Below are positions 7,378-18,300 of a stretch of DNA of 30,614 nt, piece after piece. The notes below the pieces were generated by a model. The model saw nothing but the letters and a program-made list of their open reading frames with translations. It did no database searches and was not told the origin of the DNA. Made by a program: the position numbers and the translations under genes. Positions within the stretch are counted from its first letter, which is position 1; the number at the start of each line of letters is the position of its first letter. Source of the stretch: a virus (taxonomy: Duplodnaviria; Caudoviricetes); the IMG/VR virus record IMGVR_UViG_3300017761_001293, positions 1 to 30,614 of that record. One strand, written 5' to 3'.

Positions 7378-9786
7378 ATGATTTATACAAACAATAATAG
7401 TTCTTTCCCTAGTCAGGTGGTACCGGATGAAGAAAAACAAAGTTATGAGTACGGAGCTTTAGTCGGTAGAGCTATTGAAAACGAATGGTTTCGTGGAGAT
7501 AGAGTTGGTGGCGGCGTAGGTAATAGATGGGGATCAAACTGGCAGAACTTTCATAATTTACGCCTTTATGCAAGAGGTGAACAATCTGTACAAAAATATA
7601 AAGATGAATTATCTATTAATGGTGATTTGTCCTATCTTAACTTAGATTGGAAACCAATTCCTATTATACCTAAGTTTGTGGATATTGTTGTTAATGGTAT
7701 ATCAAGTAAGAACTATGAGATCAAAGCATATGCTGAAGATCCAGAAGCCGTACAAGCCAAAACAAAATATGCTGAAGGTATTATAAGGGATATGATGGCA
7801 AAAGACTTATTAGATAGTATACAATCAAAATTGGGTGTTAATTTATATAATAGTCCGAACCCAGAGGAGTTGCCTGAAACAAAGGAAGAATTAGAAATAC
7901 ATTTGCAATTAGACTATAAACAAGCAATTGAAATTGCAGAAGAAGAAGTAATAAATCAAATATTAGATCGCAATAGATACCAGTTAATTAATAGAAGACT
8001 CAATTACGATTTGACTGTATTAGGTATTGGCGCGGCTAAAACAAATTGGAATGAAGCTAATGGGGTAGTACTTGAGTACGTTGATCCCGCTAACTTAGTT
8101 TATTCTTACACAGAGGATCCAAACTTTGAAGATCTATATTATGTAGGGGAAGTTAAATCTGTAGCGTTAGAAGAACTTAAAAAGGAATTTCCATATTTGT
8201 CTGATGCCGACTTAAAAGAAATAGAAAAATTTCCCGGTAATGCAAATTATACTCGCAATTATTATGGAGCTGATACAAACGATAATACTGTACAAATATT
8301 ATATTTTGAATATAAAACATATTCTAATCAGGTGTTTAAAATTAAACAAACAGAAACAGGATTAGAAAAAGCGCTCGAGAAACCAGATACTTTTAATCCA
8401 CCGCCAAATGACAACTTCGAAAGAGTGTCAAGATCAATAGAGGTATTATATTCAGGTGCAAAAATATTAGGATTAGAAAAAATGCTTAAATGGGAACTAG
8501 CTGAAAATATGACTAGACCGTTTGCTGATACTACAAGAGTGGAGATGAATTATACTATCTGCGCTCCTAGAATGTATAAAGGAAGAATTGAGTCACTTGT
8601 AAGCCGTATAACAGGGTTTGCGGATATGATTCAGTTAACGCATTTAAAATTACAACAAGTATTATCAAGAATGGTGCCAGATGGGGTGTTTGTAGATGTA
8701 GATGGATTAGCTGAAGTTGATTTAGGTAATGGTACAAACTACAATGCTGCAGAGGCTTTAAATATGTATTTCCAAACGGGTAGTATTGTAGGTAGATCAA
8801 TGTCTCAAGATGGAGGTCAAAATCCGGGTAAAGTACCAATCCAGGAATTACAAACATCGTCAGGTAATGCTAAGATAAGTTCTTTAATAAGCACATATCA
8901 ATATTACTTGCAAATGATCCGTGATGTAACCGGATTAAATGAAGCAAGAGATGGTAGCATGCCAGATAGAGATGCTTTAGTTGGGTTACAAAAAATGGCA
9001 GCAGCAAGTTCAAATACCGCAACACGTCATATATTACAATCAAGTTTATTCTTAACATTAAGGTTATGTGAAAACATTGCCCTTAGAGTTAAAGATTCAT
9101 TAGAATATCCGCTAACACGTAAATCACTTATTGAAAGTATATCTATTTCCAATGTAGAAACCCTAAGAGAAATAGAAAATTTAAATTTACACGATTTTGG
9201 TATTTTCTTAGAATTAGAACCTGAAGAAGAAGATAAAGCGCAATTTGAACAAAACATTCAAGTTGCATTGCAATCAGGAGGAATTGATCTAGAAGATGTA
9301 ATTGATCTAAGACAAATTAAGAATTTAAAACTAGCTAATCAGTCTTTAAAATATAAAAGAAAGAAAAAGTTAGAAAGAGATCAAGCGAACCAACAAGCAA
9401 ATATTGCGGCACAGGGTCAAGCAAATGCACAAGCATCAGAAGCAGCAGCATTAGCAGAAGTGCAAAAGCAACAAGCATTGGCTCAAACAGAAATTCAAAT
9501 ATTACAATCTAAATCTCAATTTGAAATACAAAGAATGCAACAAGAATTATTAATTGAGAAACAGAAGATGGCACAGAAATTTGAGTATGATATGCAACTA
9601 GCTCAGGTGCAACTAGGTATTGCTCAGCAAAAACAAACACAAGCAGAAGACCGTAAAGACCAAAGAACAAAAATACAAGCCACACAACAATCAGAATTAA
9701 TAGACCAAAGAAAAAATAATTCATTACCAAAAGATTTTGAAGGCGATGAATCAGGGTTTGACTTTACGGGGTTTGGTCAACAATAA
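7378..9786 (+). CDS. portal protein
   Basis: 802 aa after terL; PIIPKFVDIVVN and VTGLNEARDG segments; long Gln-rich C-terminal coiled coil like a P22-type portal barrel. Confidence 0.85.
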   Translation: MIYTNNNSSFPSQVVPDEEKQSYEYGALVGRAIENEWFRGDRVGGGVGNRWGSNWQNFHNLRLYARGEQSVQKYKDELSINGDLSYLNLDWKPIPIIPKFVDIVVNGISSKNYEIKAYAEDPEAVQAKTKYAEGIIRDMMAKDLLDSIQSKLGVNLYNSPNPEELPETKEELEIHLQLDYKQAIEIAEEEVINQILDRNRYQLINRRLNYDLTVLGIGAAKTNWNEANGVVLEYVDPANLVYSYTEDPNFEDLYYVGEVKSVALEELKKEFPYLSDADLKEIEKFPGNANYTRNYYGADTNDNTVQILYFEYKTYSNQVFKIKQTETGLEKALEKPDTFNPPPNDNFERVSRSIEVLYSGAKILGLEKMLKWELAENMTRPFADTTRVEMNYTICAPRMYKGRIESLVSRITGFADMIQLTHLKLQQVLSRMVPDGVFVDVDGLAEVDLGNGTNYNAAEALNMYFQTGSIVGRSMSQDGGQNPGKVPIQELQTSSGNAKISSLISTYQYYLQMIRDVTGLNEARDGSMPDRDALVGLQKMAAASSNTATRHILQSSLFLTLRLCENIALRVKDSLEYPLTRKSLIESISISNVETLREIENLNLHDFGIFLELEPEEEDKAQFEQNIQVALQSGGIDLEDVIDLRQIKNLKLANQSLKYKRKKKLERDQANQQANIAAQGQANAQASEAAALAEVQKQQALAQTEIQILQSKSQFEIQRMQQELLIEKQKMAQKFEYDMQLAQVQLGIAQQKQTQAEDRKDQRTKIQATQQSELIDQRKNNSLPKDFEGDESGFDFTGFGQQ

Positions 9787-9818
9787 GAATTAATTAACCA
9801 ATTTTATATTATCATATT

Positions 9819-11003
9819 ATGTCAGAACAAGTAAAACAAGAGGGGGACTTCAAATTACAAAAGAAGAGAACCCCTATGAAAAAATTAGTAAACTCTAATG
9901 AAATTTCAAAAGTAGATTTAAGAACAAACAAAACACCAGAGAATGCCGTTCAAATCGAAAACACAGATGAAAGCGTGTTGGGCACAAAACAACCCGAATT
10001 GGGATTGCAAGAAGTGGAGCAAAGAAACGAAGAACATCAAACAGTTACCGTTCAAGCTCCAGCCCAAGAAGAAGTAATAACAGTAATACAAGAAATTACA
10101 CAAGAAGAAGTTGATGCTACAACAGCAACATTAGTTGAAGAAGCAAATAAAGCATTAGAAGCACAAGGAAGTACAAATAAAGAACTACCTGAAAACATTA
10201 ATAAACTTGTATCTTTTATGGAAGAAACAGGTGGAACAGTTGAGGATTATGTAAGATTAAACCACGACTATTCTACTATTAATAATGAAACTTTACTAAA
10301 AGAATATTATAAAAAATCTAGACCGCATTTGGATTCCGAGGAGATTGAATTTTTAATGGAAGATGAATTTAGTTACGATGAAGACTTAGATGATGAGCGA
10401 GACATCAGAAAAAAGAAACTCGCATTTAAAGAAGAAGTTGCAAAAGCCAAAAACTTTTTAGAGGACCTTAAAGGAAAATATTACGATGAGATCAAGTTGA
10501 AACCAAGCGTATCCAAAGACCAACAAAAAGCAATGGACTTTTTTAACCGATATAACGAAGAACAGGCAAACGCAGAAACACTACATTCAAATTTCAAGAA
10601 TGGTACTAAAAGTTTCTTTTCCCAAGAATTCAAAGGTTTTGATTTTAAATTAGGAGAGAAAAATTTTAGATACGGAGTTCAGAATACAGAAATGGTGGCC
10701 GATAAACAATCAAACATAAACAACCTGATCAAGAAGTTCTTGAATGATAAAGGGGAAGTTACAGATTTGAAAGGTTATCACAAAGCTATGTATGCGGCCG
10801 AGAATGCTGACACTATTGCAAATCATTTTTATGAACAGGGTAAATCCGACGCTATAAAAGAGATTGTTGCAAAGTCTAATAACATATCAACAACCCCGAG
10901 AAAAACTTCTACAGGTGAAATATTTGTTAATGGATTTAAAGTTAAAGCAATTAATGGCGTTGATTCTTCAAAACTGAAAATAAAAAGCAAATTTAACAAT
11001 TAA
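9819..11003 (+). CDS. capsid scaffolding protein (putative)
   Basis: Acidic disordered N-terminus and helical C-terminus (HFYEQGKSDA); between portal and capsid genes. Confidence 0.7.
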   Translation: MSEQVKQEGDFKLQKKRTPMKKLVNSNEISKVDLRTNKTPENAVQIENTDESVLGTKQPELGLQEVEQRNEEHQTVTVQAPAQEEVITVIQEITQEEVDATTATLVEEANKALEAQGSTNKELPENINKLVSFMEETGGTVEDYVRLNHDYSTINNETLLKEYYKKSRPHLDSEEIEFLMEDEFSYDEDLDDERDIRKKKLAFKEEVAKAKNFLEDLKGKYYDEIKLKPSVSKDQQKAMDFFNRYNEEQANAETLHSNFKNGTKSFFSQEFKGFDFKLGEKNFRYGVQNTEMVADKQSNINNLIKKFLNDKGEVTDLKGYHKAMYAAENADTIANHFYEQGKSDAIKEIVAKSNNISTTPRKTSTGEIFVNGFKVKAINGVDSSKLKIKSKFNN

Positions 11004-11015
11004 AATTAAGAAATT

Positions 11016-12479
11016 ATGGCAAATGTAACGCCTAACTTTGGGAGTATTACTCCATCTCAAAAGCAACAAGCTTTAAACACAAACTATTTAAACTTTACGG
11101 ATCCCAACGCAGTTAATCAAGATTTCGTAACATTCGCACAACAATACTTACCTGAAATCTACGAAGCAGAAGTAGAGCGTTATGGAAACAGAACACTTTC
11201 TGGATTCTTACGTATGGTTGGAGCTGAAATGCCAATGTCTTCAGATCAGGTTATTTGGTCAGAACAAAACAGATTACACATTGCTTACACTGGAGTAGAT
11301 GTTGTAAGTGCCGCTGCAAACACATTATTAATTCCTGTTAACCTTACCCCTACTAATCCAAAGGATTTTGTTCAAAACGTTATTTCAATTAATCAGACTA
11401 TTGTGATTATGAATCCTGCTACAGGATTAGAAGTAAAAGCTATTGTAACAGCTAGTAATATTACTACTGGAGCTTTAACTGTTGCTCCTTATACTGCTGC
11501 TACATTGGCTGCTGCTGGATTTACAGACGCAATGGATGATTTGAAAATCTTCGTTTATGGTTCTGAATATGCTAAAGGTTCTACATTAGCTACTGATAAC
11601 TACACTAGCATTACACCTTCATTCACTCAATTCTCTAACTCTCCAATCATTATCCGTAATAAATATACAGTTAATGGATCTGACACGGCTCAAATCGGAT
11701 GGGTAGAAATTGCTACTGAAGATGGAGCAAATGGATACTACTGGTATTTGAAAGCTGAATCTGAAACAAGATTGCGTTTCGAAGATTACTTAGAAATGGC
11801 TGTAGTTGAAGGTGAAATGGCTACTTTAAATTCTGCTGCTGATATTGCTAATAAGAAAGGTACTCAAGGTTTATTCTCTGCTATTAACGAAAGAGGTAAT
11901 GTATTGAACAACTTTACTGCTGCTGCAGGTTTAACTGAGTTTGATTCAATCTTGAAAAACTTAGATACTCAAGGAGCTATCGAAGAAAACATGTTATTCT
12001 TAAACCGTCAAACATCTCTTGACTTTGATGATATGCTTGCTGCATTATCTTCTGGAGCTGCAGGTGGTGTTGCTTACGGTTTATTTGAAAACTCTGAAGA
12101 AATGGCGTTGAACTTAGGATTCTCTGGATTTAGAAGAGGTTCTTACGATTTTTACAAAACTGACTGGAAATACTTAAATGATGCATCTACTCGTGGAGCA
12201 GTTGCAAAATCAGGTATTGATGGAGTTCTTGTACCTGCTGGTACTTCTACTGTATACGATCAAATCTTAGGAACTAATATCCGTAGACCATTCTTACATG
12301 TTCGTTATAGAGCTGCTCAAGCTGACGATAGAAGAATGAAATCATGGGTAACTGGTTCTGTTGGAGGAGCTTATACATCTGATCTTGATGCAATGGAGGT
12401 AAACTTCTTGTCTGAAAGATGCTTATGCGTACAAGGAGCTAACAATTTTGTATTGTTTACTTCTGTAACTACAGCATAA
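11016..12479 (+). CDS. major capsid protein
   Basis: 487 aa after the scaffold; strong high-expression codon bias (GCT/ACT/TTC/AAC/CGT); followed by a strong terminator; beta-rich insertion domain. Confidence 0.88.
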   Translation: MANVTPNFGSITPSQKQQALNTNYLNFTDPNAVNQDFVTFAQQYLPEIYEAEVERYGNRTLSGFLRMVGAEMPMSSDQVIWSEQNRLHIAYTGVDVVSAAANTLLIPVNLTPTNPKDFVQNVISINQTIVIMNPATGLEVKAIVTASNITTGALTVAPYTAATLAAAGFTDAMDDLKIFVYGSEYAKGSTLATDNYTSITPSFTQFSNSPIIIRNKYTVNGSDTAQIGWVEIATEDGANGYYWYLKAESETRLRFEDYLEMAVVEGEMATLNSAADIANKKGTQGLFSAINERGNVLNNFTAAAGLTEFDSILKNLDTQGAIEENMLFLNRQTSLDFDDMLAALSSGAAGGVAYGLFENSEEMALNLGFSGFRRGSYDFYKTDWKYLNDASTRGAVAKSGIDGVLVPAGTSTVYDQILGTNIRRPFLHVRYRAAQADDRRMKSWVTGSVGGAYTSDLDAMEVNFLSERCLCVQGANNFVLFTSVTTA

Positions 12480-12492
12480 TAGATTATACTTT

Positions 12493-12538
12493 GTAAATTT
12501 TGCCCCTGTTGTAATTACGGGGGCAACTTTTACTTTTT
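12493..12538 (+). terminator. Rho-independent terminator after the major capsid gene
   Basis: Stem TTGCCCCTGT/ACGGGGGCAA (one G-U pair), 7-nt loop, outer GTAAA/TTTAC pairing, followed by TTTTT. Confidence 0.85.
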
Positions 12539-12566
12539 AAAAACAATTAATTAATTATATTATATC

Positions 12567-13340
12567 ATGTCAAAAGTAAAACAAGAAACACCAATCCAAG
12601 ATAATACTTGGGAAATTAAAGATAGAACTTATATATTAACAGGGCATATTACCCCATTAACTTATACAATATCATCTAGACACTCAAGAAGATTTCCATT
12701 ATTATGGTTTGATGAGAGCACTAAAGAACAAAGAGAATTAAGATATGCAACCAATCAAAATTCACCATTTGTAGACGAACAAAAAGGGGAAGCAACGTTA
12801 GGGCATATTATGTTTAAAGATGGAACTTTAACAATACCAAAAGAACAACAAAATTTACAAAAATTATTATCTTTGTATCATCCAATGCTTAATAAAAAAT
12901 ATCGTGAATTTAGCGCGGTACAAAACGCAATAAATGAATTAGATATTTTAGAATTGCAAGTAGAAGCAATGTCTGCCGCAATGGAAATGGATATTGATCA
13001 AGCTGAAGCAATCATACGTGTTGAGATCGGATCTAAAGCATCTAAGATGACTTCTAAGGAGATAAAAAGAGATTTACTATTATTCGCTAGACAAGATCCG
13101 TATTTGTTCTTAGAATTGGCGAATGATGAAAATGTACAACTTCGTAATTTTGCTATTAAAGCATGTGAAGCTAACATTATTACATTGTCTCAAGATCAAA
13201 GAGACTTTAAATGGGCAAGCAACGGTAAAAAGTTAATGACTGTGCCGTTCGATGAGAACCCTTATTCAGCAATGGCTGCATTTTTCAAGACCGATGAAGG
13301 TGTAGAAATTTATCAGTCTATAGCAAAAAAATTTGAATAA
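12567..13340 (+). CDS. hypothetical morphogenesis protein downstream of the capsid gene
   Basis: 257-aa ORF in the structural operon; no recognisable catalytic motif. Confidence 0.75.
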   Translation: MSKVKQETPIQDNTWEIKDRTYILTGHITPLTYTISSRHSRRFPLLWFDESTKEQRELRYATNQNSPFVDEQKGEATLGHIMFKDGTLTIPKEQQNLQKLLSLYHPMLNKKYREFSAVQNAINELDILELQVEAMSAAMEMDIDQAEAIIRVEIGSKASKMTSKEIKRDLLLFARQDPYLFLELANDENVQLRNFAIKACEANIITLSQDQRDFKWASNGKKLMTVPFDENPYSAMAAFFKTDEGVEIYQSIAKKFE

Positions 13341-13356
13341 CACGTAATACTAATAT
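13340..13356 (+). promoter_or_regulatory. putative phage promoter motif ACACGTAATACTAATAT
   Basis: 16/17 match to 509-525; intergenic, upstream of the neck/tail genes. Confidence 0.55.
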
Positions 13357-13358
13357 AT

Positions 13359-13382
13359 AGGCGGTAGCTAAGGTTACCGCCT
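13359..13382 (+). terminator. GC-rich intergenic hairpin (weak terminator or 5' stabilising stem)
   Basis: AGGCGGTAGC-TAAG-GTTACCGCCT, 10-bp stem with one G-U pair; only a short T run follows. Confidence 0.55.
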
Positions 13383-13405
13383 TAATATTATAATAAAAAT
13401 AACAG

Positions 13406-14101
13406 ATGGCAATAAGTGTAGATACGGTTTATAGAACCGTTTTATTAATAATAAATAAGGAGCAGAGAGGCTATATAACTCCTGATGAATTTAATAAAAC
13501 AGCAACGCAAGTTCAACTTGAAATATTTAATGAATATTTTGATAGTCTAAATCAACAAATTCGTATACCAGACAATGATACTGAATATGCTGATCGTGTA
13601 AAAAACCTACAACAAAAAATTGCAATCTTCCAAGAAGACGGCGTATGTTCTCCTATAGCGGGCGGCTTTAATATACCGGCAGTAACAGACTTTTATAAGT
13701 TAGGTACTGTAATTTACAATGATGATAAAGAAGTTCAGTATGTTCAACCAAATGAATTATTAGAACTTAATCTATCGCCAATTACCAAACCTACAAAATA
13801 TTGGCCAATCTATACCTATAAAGATTTTATAATAAAGGTATACCCAACAACGATAACTACTGGAATTACTTGTACCTATGTTAGAAAGCCTGCCAATCCG
13901 GTATGGAATTTTGTTTTAGGAGCAAACCAACAATATATATATGATGCCGCTTCGTCTGTGCAATTTGAATTGCATCCTATAGAACAAACTAATTTAATAA
14001 CTAGAATATTACTTTATTCAGGTATAGTTATTAAAGATCCACAAATTGTACAAATTGCAGCTCAACAAGCACAAGCAGAAAGTATTAATTCAAAAAGCTA
14101 A
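13406..14101 (+). CDS. head-tail connector/ring protein (tail tubular protein-like)
   Basis: 231 aa; NKEQRGYITPDEFN and YVRKPANPVW pattern; position after the capsid module as for crAss-like ring proteins. Confidence 0.6.
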   Translation: MAISVDTVYRTVLLIINKEQRGYITPDEFNKTATQVQLEIFNEYFDSLNQQIRIPDNDTEYADRVKNLQQKIAIFQEDGVCSPIAGGFNIPAVTDFYKLGTVIYNDDKEVQYVQPNELLELNLSPITKPTKYWPIYTYKDFIIKVYPTTITTGITCTYVRKPANPVWNFVLGANQQYIYDAASSVQFELHPIEQTNLITRILLYSGIVIKDPQIVQIAAQQAQAESINSKS

Positions 14102-14107
14102 TAAAAG

Positions 14108-15349
14108 ATGCCGATACCAAATGACGGTTTAATAACCGAAACAAATAGACAATATTACGAAGGAGCACAAGGCTTTATTGCAAATGGAAGTGAAAGAATT
14201 TTTACTACAACATTTAATACGGATTTAATATTTGGTGGGGTTGACGCTTGGGACCCAAATAATGTTGATTACGGATTAAATAATTTTAAAATATACGAAA
14301 GTCCATCTGGTATTCCAGGCACTTTCAATGAAATCACAACTATATATGCCGTAGCTGGCAATACAATTACACTACCTGCTAATCCTATTAACGGAACTTA
14401 TATTGTTGTGCAATTAAAAGTTTTAAGCGGTGGTAATTATGCAAACCCAAGTGATCCTGCTCAATTAGCTTATGGAACAACTGTAGAAGAGAATTATGGT
14501 GGTTATGCTTATATATCTTTAAATGATATTATAAATAACTTTATGGTTGCTTATGTAGGTGCGGGTAAATTAATAGCAGATGTTAAAAGAACAGACGTTA
14601 TATTTCATGCTAAAAGAGGGTTACAAGAATTCAGTTATGATACTTTAAAAAGCGTTAAGTCTGTAGAATGGAATATACCTCACGGGTTAAGCGTGCCTAT
14701 TCCGCAAGACTACGTTAACTATGTAAAATGCTCGTGGGTTGATAGAGCCGGTGTTAAACATATTATTTATCCTACAACACTTACAAGTAACCCCACGCAA
14801 CCAAATGTTCAAGACTTTTTAGGAAATCCTACTCAGGATAATTTTGGTAGTAATATTGATGGAACATCGATAACTGACGAGAGATGGGCAAAAAATAACT
14901 CAGGCTTTATGATTAATAATATTGCTTTAGGAGGAGACGCTTTTGCTTATGGTTATAATAATTATGGTTACGGAGGTGCTTATGGAAGAAGATATGGAGG
15001 AGATCCACAACATATGAACTTTAACGGAACATTTACTATAAATGAAAGAGAAAATAAATTTTCATTTAGTAGTGATCTTGTTGGCGCATTAATAATATTA
15101 GAATATATATCTGATGGATTAGCTTATGACATGGACACTAAAGTTCCTAAGATGGCAGAAGAGGCAATGTACTTACATATACTACATAGTATACTTAGCG
15201 TAAGAGCAACCAGCCCGGAGTATCTAGTTCAAAGATTTAAAAGAGAAAGATTTGCAGCATTGAGAAATGCTAAAATAAGATTATCAAATATCAAGTTAGA
15301 GGAGATTACTCAAGTATTAAGAGGTAAATCTAAATGGATTAAACACTAA
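14108..15349 (+). CDS. second neck/ring structural protein
   Basis: 413 aa; PIPQDYVNYVKCSW and LEYISDGL motifs; lies between the ring gene and the tail stabilization gene. Confidence 0.55.
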   Translation: MPIPNDGLITETNRQYYEGAQGFIANGSERIFTTTFNTDLIFGGVDAWDPNNVDYGLNNFKIYESPSGIPGTFNEITTIYAVAGNTITLPANPINGTYIVVQLKVLSGGNYANPSDPAQLAYGTTVEENYGGYAYISLNDIINNFMVAYVGAGKLIADVKRTDVIFHAKRGLQEFSYDTLKSVKSVEWNIPHGLSVPIPQDYVNYVKCSWVDRAGVKHIIYPTTLTSNPTQPNVQDFLGNPTQDNFGSNIDGTSITDERWAKNNSGFMINNIALGGDAFAYGYNNYGYGGAYGRRYGGDPQHMNFNGTFTINERENKFSFSSDLVGALIILEYISDGLAYDMDTKVPKMAEEAMYLHILHSILSVRATSPEYLVQRFKRERFAALRNAKIRLSNIKLEEITQVLRGKSKWIKH

Positions 15350-15354
15350 GATAA

Positions 15355-18300
15355 ATGGCAGAAGTAAAAAATAGTTTTCTATCGTCTAAAATGAATAAAG
15401 ATTTAGACGATAGACTTATACCTAATAGCGAATATAGAGATGCTCTAAATATAGAAGTAGGTAAATCCGAAACTAATAATATTGGAGTACTGCAAAACGT
15501 ATATGGTAATGTTCAAATACCTAAAGAAACAATTACAAACCTGGAATGTATTGGTATATTCATGGATAATCAAAATAATAGGATTTATCAATTTTTAACA
15601 AATTATAGTGATCCAACTCCAAGCCAAATAACCTTAGCTGAATCATTACCATACCAACCATTTCCTGAGGGTTGGGTAATGAAAATAACTGTATATGATT
15701 TAAATACTTTAGTTTATTCTACTTTAGTTGAAGGAACTTTCCTAAACTTTTCAAAAACAAATTTAGTTATTGGTGTTAATCTTATAGAGGGATTATTGTT
15801 TTGGAGTGATAATAGAAATCAACCAAGAAAAATAAACTATAATAAGGCAATAAGCAACCCTATATATTATACTACAGAGGCGCAAATTTCTGTAGCTAAA
15901 TACGCTCCGGTTGAACCTATATCATTAGTACGCAAAGCAACAGCAACAGTAGTTAGTGGCTTCGGGGATACTTATGTATTGAGTTCAATTAATGGAATAA
16001 TTACTAATGGAATGAGTGTTGTTTCTACTTCGTTTCCAGGAAGTGATTATGGATATGTAATGGATTTTACAGTAGACACTATCACATTATACCAATCCAC
16101 CACTTCTATTACAGCTGGAGACAGATTGACATTTTTAATTTCCACTATGTCTGACAAGTCCGATGATGCTAATTGGCCTGGAGACCCCGCATTCTTAGAA
16201 GATAAATACGTTCGTTTTAGTTATAGATTTAAGTTTGATGATAATGAATACTCTATAATGGCTCCATTCACTCAAATAGCATATATACCTAGACAAAAGG
16301 GCTATTTTATTAACGGGGATGAAACAGCAGCATATAGGAGTACCATAATTAAGTGGATGGAAAACTATGTTAACAATATAGAATTATTAATACCTCTTCC
16401 AGACAAAGGATCTGCTATAAATAATAGTTATAAAATAACAGACGTTGAAGTTTTATATAAAGAGTCTGACGCATTAGCCGTAAAAGTAATTGATAGTATC
16501 TCATGGGTAACTATAAAGAATGCCATACCTGATACCAATATATATGCTTATCCATACCAATCGCAAAAGCCATATAAAACATTAAATGAAAATCAAACAA
16601 CAAGAGTATACGATATTGTTCCAACAAGAGCACTAGGACAAGAAATATCCGGCAATAGAATTATGTACAGTAATTTTTATACTACATATACCCCGCCTCA
16701 AAATATAAATTATAATACAGCGGTGCAGCCTAAGTCTGATTTATTTACAAATTTTGTAGAATATCCTAATCATACATTAAAACAAAACCGTAACTATCAA
16801 ATTGGTTTTATTCTAGCGGATAAATTTGGAAGACAATCATCAGTATTATTATCATCGGTAGATTTACAAACGATTACGCCTAGTGGCAGCAGTGTTGTTT
16901 ACGGTGGTTCAACTGTTTATGCACCTTATCAATCAGAAACCGCTCCGTTCCCAGATGTTAGAAATTGGTTTGGCAATGCATTATTAGTATTAGTTAATAC
17001 TCCTATTGCGTCACAAAGAAATATACCTCAGGGAACACCCGGTTTATATGCTGAACCAACTAGTCCTAGTGGATTTGCAATTGTCAGCGGTTCTATATCG
17101 GGAAATTTTTATACATTTAAAATAGACACTGCAGTGGCAGGCAACGTAAAACCAATTCAAGGAAATTACCTAAGAGGAGCTTTTACGGATTATGTAAAAG
17201 TTTTAAGCATCAATGCTACGGCAAACCCGGATGAATGGATTGTGGCGACTACTGGGGTTGTAAACAATTTATATTTGCCCGCACAGCCAACCCCTCCCGT
17301 AGATACAAAGTTTGCATATACATTAAATGAAATTGGGTGGTATTCTTATAAGGTTGTAGTTAAACAACAACAACAAGATTATTATAACGCTTATTTGCCT
17401 GGAATGCTTGACGGCTATCCAGCGGGCCAAACATTTGGATCACAAATTGTTTATACAGGTCCAGATCCAGAATTGCAAAACTCAATTAATACAACATCGT
17501 TTCCAATAGGAGAAGAAGGCAAAACAAGTCACATTGTGTTAATTAATGATAATATTAATAAAATACCTAGGGATTTAACAGAGGTTGGTCCAGATCAAAA
17601 ACAATATCGAAGCAGCGTTCAATTATTTGGGAGAGTAGAAAACACTGCTGCAACACGCAAACTTATAGGGGATAGACCTTACAATAACCAGTATGCAACT
17701 ACTATAACATATACATTAGCAACTACAGAAAATGCAAATGCTTTAAAAGAAATAAAACCTGGAGATGGAATACAATGTGATGAAGCTAATAGCCAATTAC
17801 CCAATCCTGCAACTCCCGGTCCAGGGGTTCCTCCAACTATAGATAATCCTCAAAAATGGTATGCAAATACCGTTGTTGTTTCAAACGGATTGTTGACCTA
17901 TACTGCAGATCAATCTGTTGCTGCGGTTGGCGGATCTACTTTAATAAATTTAAATACTGGCCATGATGTTATATCTATTGGCGATACTTTTATTTACACC
18001 GTTGCAGGTGTTAAATATAGTAATACAGTAGATTCCTTAACGTCACAAGATATTATTAATACAACTAATCCAATTACTCCTGCTGGCGGAATACCAACTA
18101 ATGTAATATTATATTTTACAAATCCATCAAAAGGACAAATTACATTTACTCCTCCAAACTGGACTAGATATTCTAGTGATGTAATTCCAAGTCCTGGGGC
18201 TTATATAAACTTTACAATTACAAAAGCTGAAAACATACAATACTTCCCGGTTAGAAAAGCGGATGTGGTTTCTTCTATTGCCACCTCAACAGATTTTAAT

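Noticed and set aside
5155-12479. Introns, inteins or homing endonucleases in the terminase, portal or capsid genes
   Set aside because: The ORFs are continuous and of plausible size, and I saw no intein termini or LAGLIDADG/HNH motifs.
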